Part shown: positions 9,821-19,376 of the stretch, piece by piece
How the letters are laid out: each line of letters starts with the position of its first letter
How positions within the stretch are numbered: position 1 is the first letter of the stretch
Assembly: GCA_944391755.1 (NCBI GenBank)
Contig: CALXUT010000001.1
Location: 2,959 to 66,958, forward strand
DNA: 64,000 bases
Direction of reading: 5' to 3'
Source: an uncultured Clostridia bacterium
GTDB lineage: Bacteria > Bacillota > Clostridia > TANB77 > CAG-508
Translations under genes and position numbers: made by a program
The notes under the pieces: model-generated
What the model was told of the DNA's origin: nothing
Databases searched by the model: none
Seen by the model: only the letters and a program-made list of their open reading frames with translations

Positions 9821-10300
9821 TTATTTCTGTTCAGGTTCAACATGTTCTAATGTTCCTAGTATCATTTTATCTGTAAATACGATTCCGTCTAAATGATCTA
9901 ATTCGTGGCATATAGCTTGTGCTAATAAATCCTTCGCTTTTATTATTATCTTTTTGCCATCTCTATCTAAGGCTTCCACAGTAACCTCTTTAGGTCTAAC
10001 CAATTTCGCATATTGGTTTGGGAAACTTAAGCATCCTTCTTCTACTTCATGTTCACCCTTTGTTTTTAATATTTTAGGATTAATTAGGACTTTTACTCCT
10101 GTATCGTCTTCTATGTCAATAACAACGATTCGTTTCAATACGCCTACTTGTACAGCAGATAAACCTACACCATTATATTTATACATAGTATCTATCATAT
10201 CATCAATTAATGTTTGTATTTTATCATCAATCACTTCTACTTCTCTTGATTTTTTTCTTAGTATCTCATCTTTTTCTAATCTTATTATTCGTATTGCCAT
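9821..10300 (-). CDS. def: Peptide deformylase
   Basis: 159-aa ORF with the three PDF motifs GVGLSAVQVG, EGCLSFP and HELDHLDG. Confidence 0.95.
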   Translation of the reverse strand: MAIRIIRLEKDEILRKKSREVEVIDDKIQTLIDDMIDTMYKYNGVGLSAVQVGVLKRIVVIDIEDDTGVKVLINPKILKTKGEHEVEEGCLSFPNQYAKLVRPKEVTVEALDRDGKKIIIKAKDLLAQAICHELDHLDGIVFTDKMILGTLEHVEPEQK

Positions 10301-10334
10301 TTTGTATATTCCCCTCTCTATAACTTTTTAAGTT

Positions 10335-12569
10335 TTATATCATACTATTTGGATTTACATCTATAGAAACTCTTGTATTTTTATAATTACTTTCAAATAT
10401 TTTTTTCAAGCAATCATTTAATATTTCATTTGCTTTATTTGTCATATTTCCTTTTATGATAATTCTCCATCTAAATCGATTTTGTATTTTATCTATTGGT
10501 GATGGCATTGGTTTTAATACTTGAAATTCTTCATTATCTAAATTCTTTTTTAAGTAACTATAAACTTTTTCTGAAACTTCTATAATTTCTTTTTCTAACA
10601 AACTATTAAATCCAATTAATATTATATCGCAAAATGGTGGATATTTCAACTGTTTTCGTAAGGCAATTTCTGTATCAAAAAACATATGATAATTTTGCTC
10701 TTTTGCACATACAATACTAAAGTTTTCAGGGTTATAGGTTTGTATGATTACTTTTCCTGGTAATTTTTCTCTTCCTGCTCTTCCCGCTACTTGTGTTAAG
10801 ATTTGAAATGTTCTTTCATTTGCTCTATAATCATCTATATTTAAACTACTATCTGCTGCAATTACTCCAACTAATGTTACATTAGGAAAATGATGTCCTT
10901 TCACTACCATTTGCGTACCTATTAGAATATCTATATTTTCATCTCTAAATTTATTTAAAATCTCTTCATGGGAATTTTTTTTGGTTACTGTATCTATATC
11001 CATTCTAATTGTTTTCGCATCTGGAAAAATCTTATTGATTTCTTGCTCTAATTTTTGTGTTCCTGTTCCAAAATACCTTATTTTCGTACTATGACATTCT
11101 GGACATATAGTAACAACAGGTTCTTCATAACCACAATAATGACATTTTAGCTTATTCTCTGTTTTATGATATGTCATACTAATATTGCAATTTTTACATT
11201 TTACTGTATAACCACATTCTCTGCACATGATAAATGTTGAAAAACCTCTTCTATTTAAAAAAAGGATTGTTTGCCTTTTTTCTTTTAAGTTTTGCTCAAT
11301 GGCATCATGTAATTTTACACTTAACATGGATCTATTACCATTTGCTAATTCCATTTTTAAATCTACAATTTCTACTTCTGGTAGATTAGAGTGGTTTGCC
11401 CTTTTCGTTAATTCTAATAATTCAATCTTTCCCTTTAGCGAATGATAATAGGTATTTATATCTGGAGTCGCACTTCCTAATACTAATGGGCAATTACTTT
11501 CTTGTGCAATTTTATTTGCAATTTCCTTTGCATCATATTTCGGTACCGCTTCTGATTTATAAGAACTATCATGTTCTTCATCAATAATGATAATTCCTAC
11601 ATTTTGCATAGGAGCAAATATTGCTGACCTAGCCCCTATCACGATTTTGGCTTTATTTTCTTTTATTCTATTCCATTCATCAAATCTTTCTCCAATAGAT
11701 AATTTACTATGTAAAACTGCAATCTCTTCTTTATGAAATCTTGCAATAAATCGATCTATCATTTGAGGTGTTAAAGAAATTTCTGGTACTAATACAATTG
11801 CGGTTTTATTATTTTTTAAAGCTTCTCCTATTAATTGTAAATAGATTTCTGTTTTGCCGGAACCAGTTACTCCATATACTAAAAATTCCTTATATTCATT
11901 TTTATCCATAGATGTTGATATAGCTTTAAAAGCATTTTCTTGTTCATCTGTTAATTTTAAATTTGTTGTTTTTGGTATTTGTTTATTTGCTAAAGGATTT
12001 CTTTCAACCTTTTTTTCTACGATTTCTACATATCCATTTTTTTCTAAAGTTTTTACAATTGCTCTTGTTCCACCTGTAAGCATTTCTATTTCTGATACAG
12101 TAGTTCCTTCATTATTTTTTAAAAATAGTAAAATCCTTTTTTGCTTTTCTGATTTTATTTTTCCTGTTTCAATATCCAATTCTATTGCTTCTATATCTTT
12201 TTTTAGATAGACTGCATGAATTGTTTTATCTTGCACGCCTCTATCTGTACTTTTGTTCTTAGTTCCTGGTGCTAACATTTGCTTGATACAATCTGATACA
12301 TTACAAAAATACCTTTTTGACATCCATGTTGCTAGTTCTATTTGTTTTTCTGTTAGATTATGTTCTATTTTTGCAATTTCCTTTACTTCATATGTTGTAT
12401 TTTCTTTTATACCAATAACATAACCATCTACTAAATGACTTGCTTTTCCAAATGGAACTAAAACAGTACTCCCGATTACAATAAGTTCTTCTAAATCTTT
12501 TGGAATTTTATAATCAAATGTTCGATTTAATCTTCTTGCTGTTCGATTAATGACTACTTCTGCTATCAT
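10335..12569 (-). CDS. priA: Primosomal replication protein N' (PriA helicase)
   Basis: 744-aa ORF with Walker A GVTGSGKTE, DEEH, and the Cys-rich zinc region (CRECGYTVKCKNC...CHYCG...CPEC) characteristic of PriA. Confidence 0.95.
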   Translation of the reverse strand: MIAEVVINRTARRLNRTFDYKIPKDLEELIVIGSTVLVPFGKASHLVDGYVIGIKENTTYEVKEIAKIEHNLTEKQIELATWMSKRYFCNVSDCIKQMLAPGTKNKSTDRGVQDKTIHAVYLKKDIEAIELDIETGKIKSEKQKRILLFLKNNEGTTVSEIEMLTGGTRAIVKTLEKNGYVEIVEKKVERNPLANKQIPKTTNLKLTDEQENAFKAISTSMDKNEYKEFLVYGVTGSGKTEIYLQLIGEALKNNKTAIVLVPEISLTPQMIDRFIARFHKEEIAVLHSKLSIGERFDEWNRIKENKAKIVIGARSAIFAPMQNVGIIIIDEEHDSSYKSEAVPKYDAKEIANKIAQESNCPLVLGSATPDINTYYHSLKGKIELLELTKRANHSNLPEVEIVDLKMELANGNRSMLSVKLHDAIEQNLKEKRQTILFLNRRGFSTFIMCRECGYTVKCKNCNISMTYHKTENKLKCHYCGYEEPVVTICPECHSTKIRYFGTGTQKLEQEINKIFPDAKTIRMDIDTVTKKNSHEEILNKFRDENIDILIGTQMVVKGHHFPNVTLVGVIAADSSLNIDDYRANERTFQILTQVAGRAGREKLPGKVIIQTYNPENFSIVCAKEQNYHMFFDTEIALRKQLKYPPFCDIILIGFNSLLEKEIIEVSEKVYSYLKKNLDNEEFQVLKPMPSPIDKIQNRFRWRIIIKGNMTNKANEILNDCLKKIFESNYKNTRVSIDVNPNSMI

Positions 12570-12654
12570 ATTTTCTCCTTCATCTTTTTTCGTGTTTATT
12601 TTATCATATCTTTAGAAATTTTTCATTATTTTAATAATAAAAAACATTTTTTTA

Positions 12655-12688
12655 AACAAATAAAGAAAACGTGATGAAATCACGTTTT
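12655..12688 (-). terminator. Rho-independent terminator after the kinase-like gene
   Basis: Minus strand reads AAAACGTGAT-TTC-ATCACGTTTT followed by CTTTATTT. Confidence 0.65.
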
Positions 12689-13248
12689 TAACTCTTTAAC
12701 CAAGCTAAATAAGCTTCTTTGATTTTTTCAGCAGTTTGCTCAGGAGTTAGATCTGTTGTGTCTAGTACAAAGTCATAATTTGACATATCTTCTTTATGAA
12801 CTTTATATAATTTCCAATACCTTTCATTTTCTAATCTAAACCTTTTTTCTAGATCTGCTTTTTGTTCTTCGACTGTCGCAAAACTTTCTGTCTTTTTCCT
12901 TTTAGCGTCATTAAAAGCTCTTTTAGCAGCTACATTTATATCTACTTTAAGATAGACCTTAAAAGATTCTGGCACAGCATACCATCCTAATCTCGCATCT
13001 ATTATGAAATTATCATGATTCTTAGCATATTCTGCAGCACTTTTTTCTATTTGCAAATCAATTTCAGGATGCTTTCCTAAATATTCATTAAAGCTTGTAA
13101 TGTCTAGCCCCATATCTTTAGCTAATTTTCTTGCATATTCACCATTCCTATAAATTCCATAATTTAAATCTTTAATTAAAATTTCTGAAACTGTACCTTT
13201 CCCAGAAGCTAAATCTCCAGCAAGTGATATTATATTTTTTTTCTTCAT
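12688..13248 (-). CDS. P-loop nucleotide kinase-like protein (cytidylate kinase-like family)
   Basis: 186-aa ORF with a Walker A-like LAGDLASGKGT. Size and layout fit small NMP-kinase-like proteins. The substrate is unknown. Confidence 0.65.
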   Translation of the reverse strand: MKKKNIISLAGDLASGKGTVSEILIKDLNYGIYRNGEYARKLAKDMGLDITSFNEYLGKHPEIDLQIEKSAAEYAKNHDNFIIDARLGWYAVPESFKVYLKVDINVAAKRAFNDAKRKKTESFATVEEQKADLEKRFRLENERYWKLYKVHKEDMSNYDFVLDTTDLTPEQTAEKIKEAYLAWLKS

Positions 13249-13260
13249 TAAATTTACCTC

Positions 13261-13512
13261 TTATTCTTCATTTTTATTTTCTTCATTCTTAATATCTTCT
13301 GCCTCATCAATTGCTTCTTTAGGTTCAATTATTTCTACTTTTCCTTCTGCTATTTCATTTGCAGCAAGTGTAACTGGTGATTCTTCTTTTACGGTTGTTT
13401 TTACTTCTGCTCCCTCTGCAATTTGTCTAGCTCTTTTTGAAGTAGCAATAACTAATTCATATCTATTTTTAGCTTTTTTTAATAATTCTTGTACAGTTGG
13501 TTTTATTATCAT
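13261..13512 (-). CDS. rpoZ: DNA-directed RNA polymerase subunit omega
   Basis: Small ORF with NRYELVIATSKRARQI, an omega hallmark. The start is set at the ATG downstream of GGAGG. Confidence 0.85.
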   Translation of the reverse strand: MIIKPTVQELLKKAKNRYELVIATSKRARQIAEGAEVKTTVKEESPVTLAANEIAEGKVEIIEPKEAIDEAEDIKNEENKNEE

Positions 13513-13534
13513 CTTTTTGACCTCCATTTTATTT

Positions 13535-13798
13535 TTAATTCATATCTGTTGATTGTGTTGAAATATCTTTATCAACTCTTCCTGCTACTGTTTCTGGTTG
13601 TACTGCAGATAGTATGATATGTCCTGAATCCATGATTAATACTGCTCTTGTTCTTCTTCCATATGTAGCATCAACTGCAGTTTTAGCATCTTTTGCTTCT
13701 TGCACCATTCTTTTTATAGGTGCTGATTCTGGGCTTACGATAGCTACTATTTTATCTGCAGCCACTATATTTCCAAATCCTATATTTACTAATTGCAT
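13535..13798 (-). CDS. remA: RemA/DUF370-family regulator
   Basis: [35 protein letters not shown] closely matches the conserved RemA core. Confidence 0.85.
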   Translation of the reverse strand: MQLVNIGFGNIVAADKIVAIVSPESAPIKRMVQEAKDAKTAVDATYGRRTRAVLIMDSGHIILSAVQPETVAGRVDKDISTQSTDMN

Positions 13799-13812
13799 AT
13801 ACTTCATCCTTT

Positions 13813-14688
13813 CTATTCAATATTTTGTATTTGTTCTCTTATGTCTTCTAATATTGTTTTTATGTCTACTACTCTATTAGTAATTTCAAGGCTATTTGCC
13901 TTTGATCCTATAGTATTTGTCTCTCTGTTCATTTCTTGAACTAAAAAATCCATCTTTTTTCCAGTAGGTTCATTCGTTTCTAATAAATTTCTTAATTGTA
14001 ATATATGACTTTTTAGTCTTGTAATTTCTTCTTCAACAGAACACTTATCAGCATATATGATAACTTCTTGCATTAATCTAGATTTATCAATGTCTTCTGT
14101 TTTTAATAATTCTCTTATTCTTGTTTCTAATTTTACTACATATTCTTCAATAAGTCCAGTAGAAAGCGTAAAAATCTCTTGAACTTTACTTTCTATTTGA
14201 TTAATTTTGAATTTTATATCTTCAAATATTTTTGCACCTTCATTTTCCCTCATAACAATTAATTGACTTATAGAATCTCTTACAACACTTAGTAATTCAT
14301 CTCTAATCTGATTTTCATCTAATTCATTCTTAATCGTTAGTACATCAGGCAATCTTGAAATATCTGTTACTTCTATGTTTGAAGAAAGATTCTCCTCTTC
14401 TGCTAATCTTCGCAAATTCTCTATATACATTTTTGCTAGACTTGTATTAATTCTTACATGATTTCCGTCTTTGCTGTAATTTTCAAATCCTATTGTTAAA
14501 TCAACTTTTCCTCTTTTAATTTTTGCTGTAATTTCTTTTCTTATATCCTCTTCTAAATAACTTATCATTTTGGGAATTTTTATATTTACATCAATATATT
14601 TGTGATTTACTGTTTTTATTTCAACTTGATATTCTCTTGAATTCACAGCCAAACTACTTTTCCCATATCCAGTCATACTTTTTATCAT
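13813..14688 (-). CDS. yicC: YicC-family stress-induced protein
   Basis: 291-aa ORF. The [10 protein letters not shown]-terminus and the REQIQNIE C-terminus are both typical of YicC. It ends in TAG. Confidence 0.9.
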   Translation of the reverse strand: MIKSMTGYGKSSLAVNSREYQVEIKTVNHKYIDVNIKIPKMISYLEEDIRKEITAKIKRGKVDLTIGFENYSKDGNHVRINTSLAKMYIENLRRLAEEENLSSNIEVTDISRLPDVLTIKNELDENQIRDELLSVVRDSISQLIVMRENEGAKIFEDIKFKINQIESKVQEIFTLSTGLIEEYVVKLETRIRELLKTEDIDKSRLMQEVIIYADKCSVEEEITRLKSHILQLRNLLETNEPTGKKMDFLVQEMNRETNTIGSKANSLEITNRVVDIKTILEDIREQIQNIE

Positions 14689-14689
14689 T

Positions 14690-15244
14690 TTACTTATTTC
14701 CTTCTTCTTTCATTTCTTTTTCTGTTTTTTTATTTTTTCTTTTTGTTGCTTTTTTTATTGGTTCATCTTTTACAATTTCCTTTATATCACTAAGTTTTCT
14801 TAAATCTTCTTGTTTTTCTTTGGTATATAATATAGTTGATTTTAACATGTAATAAATGGCAAATAAATAGGAACCTATCAATATATATGTTTGTGTACCA
14901 CAATTCAGTAATTTCGGAATATGTTTGATTAATAATGTAAATATAGCCAATACTAAAAATTCTAAAGCGTAAATTAATATATTATCACTTTCTTTTTTAT
15001 ATGAAATTTCTATTAATATGATGGAAATGATTAAAAATGCAATACTAGAAATATTAATATATTTATTTAAAATCATTTCAGATACTGCTTCATATTGTAT
15101 GTTAAAAAACATAAAATATAACATTATCATTGATGAATATGCAAGATTAGCTAATATATCTCCTGTTACTATATTGTTTATATTTTTATAGATATCTTTT
15201 ATTGTTAATTTCTTTTTTTCTTCTGAATTACTTGTTTCTATCAT
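14690..15244 (-). CDS. Hypothetical polytopic membrane protein with a Lys-rich tail
   Basis: 184-aa ORF with several hydrophobic helices, tightly packed between rsmE and yicC. Confidence 0.6.
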   Translation of the reverse strand: MIETSNSEEKKKLTIKDIYKNINNIVTGDILANLAYSSMIMLYFMFFNIQYEAVSEMILNKYINISSIAFLIISIILIEISYKKESDNILIYALEFLVLAIFTLLIKHIPKLLNCGTQTYILIGSYLFAIYYMLKSTILYTKEKQEDLRKLSDIKEIVKDEPIKKATKRKNKKTEKEMKEEGNK

Positions 15245-15282
15245 TTCTTTCTCCTTGTATTGTGTAAGATAGTACTTTTTAT

Positions 15283-16026
15283 TTAATTTTCAAGTTCATA
15301 CATGATTACACTTAAAATATTTAATGCCACAGTTTCTGTTCTTAAAATTCTATTTCCTAAAGATACAATTTTTGCTCCATTTTCTTTTAATACCATTACA
15401 TCTTTTTCTTCTAATCCGCCTTCTGGACCTATTATAATCGCTAAATTTAATTCTTGTTTTAATTCTTTTAGTTTTATTAATTCGTTTTTTATGTAATTTT
15501 CTTTTTCATTCTCATATGCAACTAAAATCTCATCATATTTATCTTTAAGGTTTATTATATCTTTAATATCTATCATTGGTTTTATTTCTGGTATGAAATT
15601 TCTACCACATTGTTTTGCTGCACTTTCAGAGATTTTGTTCCATCTATCTATTTTTTTCTTCTCGTCTTTTTTATCAATTTTTACAATACATCTTGACATT
15701 TTTACTGGTATAATTGAATTTACACCAAGTTCTACAGATTTTTGAATGATGAATTCCATTTTATCGGCTTTAGGCAATCCTTGGTATATATCCACTTTTA
15801 CTCTACTTTCTTTTTCTTTCATTTCTTCTAAAATGTTACATAGAATTTCATCATCTTTTATACTAAGAATTTTACAATGATATGCTTTTCCACTATCTTG
15901 GTTACATATCTCTATTTCGCTGTCTATATTTTTTCTTAATACATTTTTTATATGGTTTACATCTTCACCTAATATCTTTATTATTTCATTTTGTACTTGA
16001 TTGGCTTTTACAAAAAATCTTGGCAT
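15283..16026 (-). CDS. rsmE: 16S rRNA (uracil1498-N3)-methyltransferase
   Basis: 247-aa ORF starting MPRFFV, with an IIGPEGGL motif and a RILRTETVAL C-terminal motif, all typical of RsmE. Confidence 0.9.
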   Translation of the reverse strand: MPRFFVKANQVQNEIIKILGEDVNHIKNVLRKNIDSEIEICNQDSGKAYHCKILSIKDDEILCNILEEMKEKESRVKVDIYQGLPKADKMEFIIQKSVELGVNSIIPVKMSRCIVKIDKKDEKKKIDRWNKISESAAKQCGRNFIPEIKPMIDIKDIINLKDKYDEILVAYENEKENYIKNELIKLKELKQELNLAIIIGPEGGLEEKDVMVLKENGAKIVSLGNRILRTETVALNILSVIMYELEN

Positions 16027-16102
16027 TATTTACTCCTTTAATGTATATATTATATTACATTCTTCCGTTTTATTCAAGAGATTTGAGAATTTATTTCATA
16101 TT

Positions 16103-16141
16103 TAAAAATAGCTCATCTCCCAAAACAGGAAATGAGCTATT
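16103..16141 (-). terminator. Rho-independent terminator after the 40-aa small ORF
   Basis: Minus strand reads ATAGCTCAT-15-nt loop-ATGAGCTAT followed by TTTTTAAAT. It is preceded by a second hairpin, AATTCACT-9 nt-AGTGAATT, at 16144-16168. Confidence 0.7.
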
Positions 16142-16174
16142 ATAATTCACTTGTGTACGCAGTGAATTATGTAA

Positions 16175-16297
16175 TTAGTAGTATCTGTGTGAGGTCCACG
16201 AAACCAGTTCTCTTGCGTACAAGAAAACTTCAAAGACTTTGACCAGCAGAACTCCTACCATAATTCCACACAGAGCGACTTTATAAATTGTTTTCAT
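16175..16297 (-). CDS. Unannotated 40-aa hydrophobic peptide (type I toxin-like candidate)
   Basis: My translation is MKTIYKVALCGIMVGVLLVKVFEVFLYARELVSWTSHRYY. A GGGGAG Shine-Dalgarno lies 7 nt upstream of the ATG. The ORF has its own consensus promoter and a double hairpin terminator. It is visibly more GC-rich than its surroundings and is too short for the supplied ORF track. Confidence 0.55.
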   Translation of the reverse strand: MKTIYKVALCGIMVGVLLVKVFEVFLYARELVSWTSHRYY

Positions 16298-16379
16298 TCT
16301 AATCTCCCCTTAAAAATCTTATTGCAAGTTAGATGTACACCTCTAACAATTGCCGGAGTTAATAAAAAAGTCTTTATTT

Positions 16380-16408
16380 ATCATAACACATCCATATTTT
16401 TTTGTCAA
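16380..16408 (-). promoter_or_regulatory. Consensus sigma-A promoter for the small ORF
   Basis: Minus strand reads TTGACA, a 17-nt spacer, then TATGAT. Confidence 0.6.
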
Positions 16409-16420
16409 TAAACACATGCC

Positions 16421-17386
16421 TTACTTTAACCAATCTGGATTTGCCAAATACCAGTCAATTGTTTTAATAATTCCATCTTCAAATTTTGTTTTTGGTTCCC
16501 AACCTAATTCGTTTTTAATTTTCGTTGGATCAATTGCATATCTATAATCATGGCCTTTTCTATCTTCAACAAATTGAATTAAATCTTCTGATTTTCCTAA
16601 TCTTTTTAATATTAATTTTACAATATCTATATTTCTCTTCTCATTGTGACCACCTATATTATATCTTTCTCCTGCAACTCCTTTGTGGAATACAAGGTCT
16701 ATTGCTTCACAATGGTCTTCTACATATAACCAATCTCTTATATTTTTCCCTACCCCATAAACAGGTAATTTTTCATCTTTTAATGCCAATTTTATCATAT
16801 GAGGTATCAATTTTTCATTATGTTGGTATGGTCCATAATTATTAGAACAATTTGTTACATTTACATTCATTTTATATGTTGTATGATATGCAAATGCGAT
16901 TAAATCAGAACTTGCTTTTGAAGCGGAATATGGACTACTTGGTTGAATTGGAGAAGTTTCAGTAAAGTAGCCAGTTTCTCCAAGTGCTCCATATACTTCA
17001 TCTGTAGATATATGTACAAATTTATTCTCAGAACCTTCTCCCCATGCTCTTTTTGCAGCTTCTAATAGAGTATGTGTTCCTATTACATTTGTTTGTGTAA
17101 AAACAAATGGTGTTTTTATACTATTATCTACATGTGATTCTGCTGCAAAATGAATAACTCCATTGATATTATATTTTTCGAATACTTCTTGCATTTTATC
17201 AAAATCACAGATATCAGCTTGTACAAATGTAATTTTGTCTTTTACTTTATTTAAATTATTTAAATTTCCTGCATATGTTAATTTATCAACTACTACAACA
17301 TTGTAGTCAGGATATTTATTTACAAAATATTCAGCAAAATTTGCTCCTATAAATCCCGCAGCTCCTGTCACTAATACATTTTTCAT
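16421..17386 (-). CDS. rfbB: dTDP-glucose 4,6-dehydratase
   Basis: 321-aa SDR with TGAAGFIG and the catalytic YSASK motif. Its neighbours are the other rhamnose-pathway genes. Confidence 0.93.
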   Translation of the reverse strand: MKNVLVTGAAGFIGANFAEYFVNKYPDYNVVVVDKLTYAGNLNNLNKVKDKITFVQADICDFDKMQEVFEKYNINGVIHFAAESHVDNSIKTPFVFTQTNVIGTHTLLEAAKRAWGEGSENKFVHISTDEVYGALGETGYFTETSPIQPSSPYSASKASSDLIAFAYHTTYKMNVNVTNCSNNYGPYQHNEKLIPHMIKLALKDEKLPVYGVGKNIRDWLYVEDHCEAIDLVFHKGVAGERYNIGGHNEKRNIDIVKLILKRLGKSEDLIQFVEDRKGHDYRYAIDPTKIKNELGWEPKTKFEDGIIKTIDWYLANPDWLK

Positions 17387-17424
17387 TTTATTTCTTCCTT
17401 CCTTTACTTTAATTATTCTGTAGT

Positions 17425-18006
17425 TTACTTTAAATTTTTAAATAAATCTGTTTCTTTTAACTCTTTTAATGATGGCCATTTTGCATCTTTTTCAGATGTG
17501 ATTAAATCTTCTACTCTTAGATTTCCCATAGGCCATTCTATAGCAACATCTGGGTCATCATATTTTAATCCACCTTCTGCTTCATGATTGTATATGTCAT
17601 CACATTTATATGCAAATTCTGCTTCGTCTGATAATACTAAAAATCCATGTGCAAATCCTCTAGGTATCATAAACATTTTTTTATTCTCTTCTGTTAATAT
17701 AACACCTTCCCATTTTCCATATGTTTTACTTCCTGGTCTTAAATCAACTGCAACATCAAATACTTCTCCTTTAATACATCTAACAAGTTTTGCTTGTGTA
17801 TTTTCTTTTTGGAAATGCAGTCCTCTTAAAACTCCTTTTTTTGATTTTGATTGATTATCTTGGACAAAATCATAGTTTAAGCCAATTTCTTCAAAATCTT
17901 TTTTACTATATGTTTCCATAAAATAGCCTCTATTGTCTCCAAATACTGTTGGTTCAATGATACATACTCCTTCAATAGATGTATCTATTCTTTTAAATTT
18001 TCCCAT
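17425..18006 (-). CDS. rfbC: dTDP-4-dehydrorhamnose 3,5-epimerase
   Basis: 193-aa cupin with FGDNRGYF, RGLHFQ and GFAHGF motifs typical of RmlC. Confidence 0.93.
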   Translation of the reverse strand: MGKFKRIDTSIEGVCIIEPTVFGDNRGYFMETYSKKDFEEIGLNYDFVQDNQSKSKKGVLRGLHFQKENTQAKLVRCIKGEVFDVAVDLRPGSKTYGKWEGVILTEENKKMFMIPRGFAHGFLVLSDEAEFAYKCDDIYNHEAEGGLKYDDPDVAIEWPMGNLRVEDLITSEKDAKWPSLKELKETDLFKNLK

Positions 18007-19261
18007 GTTTCTTCCTCCTTATTTAAAATTTTTTCTTTAATTATTAAAATAATTAATATACATATTGAGATATACCAAAAATATGCAGTTCTTTCTCCAG
18101 AAGCCAAAATAGTTGGTGAAAAAGCCATAATATATCTACTAATTGTTCCAACAGAGTATACAAGTAAAGGTAAGTATTTCTTTATATCTTTTCCTTTATT
18201 ATCAAATATTTTGTATATACATATAGCCATTGATATTAAAATAAATATATATATAATATTTTTAAATGCAAAAAATAATATTGAGTCTTGCATAACAGCT
18301 TTTTTTAGATTCAATTAGTATTCTAAAAACTCCTCTATACCCTAAAGACAAGATCAAAGGTATAAGTCCGAATAATTGGTAGAATTTTTTGTTACATCTT
18401 GTCCATAAAACATATGCAATTAGTATTAATAATGCAAAAAAATGGATTCTACCACTTTGTACAACATAGTCCATCATTAAACTTAATCCTTGTAAAAGTT
18501 TTGAGGCTAAAGATAATTCAGAGTATTCTGGATACTATCTTTTTTCTTCCTCTAATTTTCTATTTGCATTTCCAGGGCATGTCAAAATAAATAGTAAACT
18601 TAATAATATTATTATATATATTACAAATATTAATGTCTTATATTTTTTCTGTCTTATAAAATCTATTAGAAAAAATGTATAAACTAAGAATAATATACCT
18701 GCCATTTGCTCTTGATTTGCTGCATATATTGTGGCTAGAATAAATAAAAATCCTTGCCATAATGGAATTTTTTCCTTTTTATAGATTTTGTATATAGGTA
18801 TCATTGCAAATACCCCCTGTAGCTACTACCCATAAATAATTATTCATTGTTGCCATCCAACCAGTTTCCCCCAATATATTTATGGGTATAGAAATTAAGC
18901 AAATACATAAAATATAACTCAAATTTCTTTTGTTTTCTGTTATAAATAATTTTGATAATGAGTAAAATAAAAATGCAAACATTCCTATATTAGTAATTTT
19001 CCATAAAGCCATTGGTAAAAATTCACAAAATAATACTAATATTCCCTCTATTACTATGCGTGATGACCAGGCATTATATCTATTAATTAGAAATTGAAAC
19101 AAACTGGTATTATTACATGCAGCAGAAAAAACCAAGTCATCATTATTTTTTTGCATGAATATATGTGATAAGCTCATCAATATAACAAATAATATTAATG
19201 GAAATTTATCAGATTTATAGTACTCTTTTATTCTTGTGATTTTCAATTCATTTTTCTCCAA
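17985..19261 (-). pseudogene. Disrupted polytopic membrane protein gene of the polysaccharide locus (polymerase/glycosyltransferase-like)
   Basis: Four consecutive ORF fragments (160, 89, 71 and 109 aa) read as one multi-TM protein. They are interrupted by a frameshift at C5 (18813-18817), an in-frame TAG (18535-18537) and a frameshift at T7 (18300-18306). Confidence 0.75.
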
Positions 19262-19321
19262 TATTTTTATATTTTGTCAATTATTGAAAAGTCCATATGT
19301 CAATAATATAACATTAAAATT

Positions 19322-19358
19322 TAAAAAAAGCAATAATTTATGATTAAATTATTGCTTT
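19322..19358 (-). terminator. Rho-independent terminator after rfbA
   Basis: Minus strand reads AAGCAATAATTT-loop-AAATTATTGCTT followed by a T-run. Confidence 0.75.
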
Positions 19359-19376
19359 CTATATTTTTTATATATT

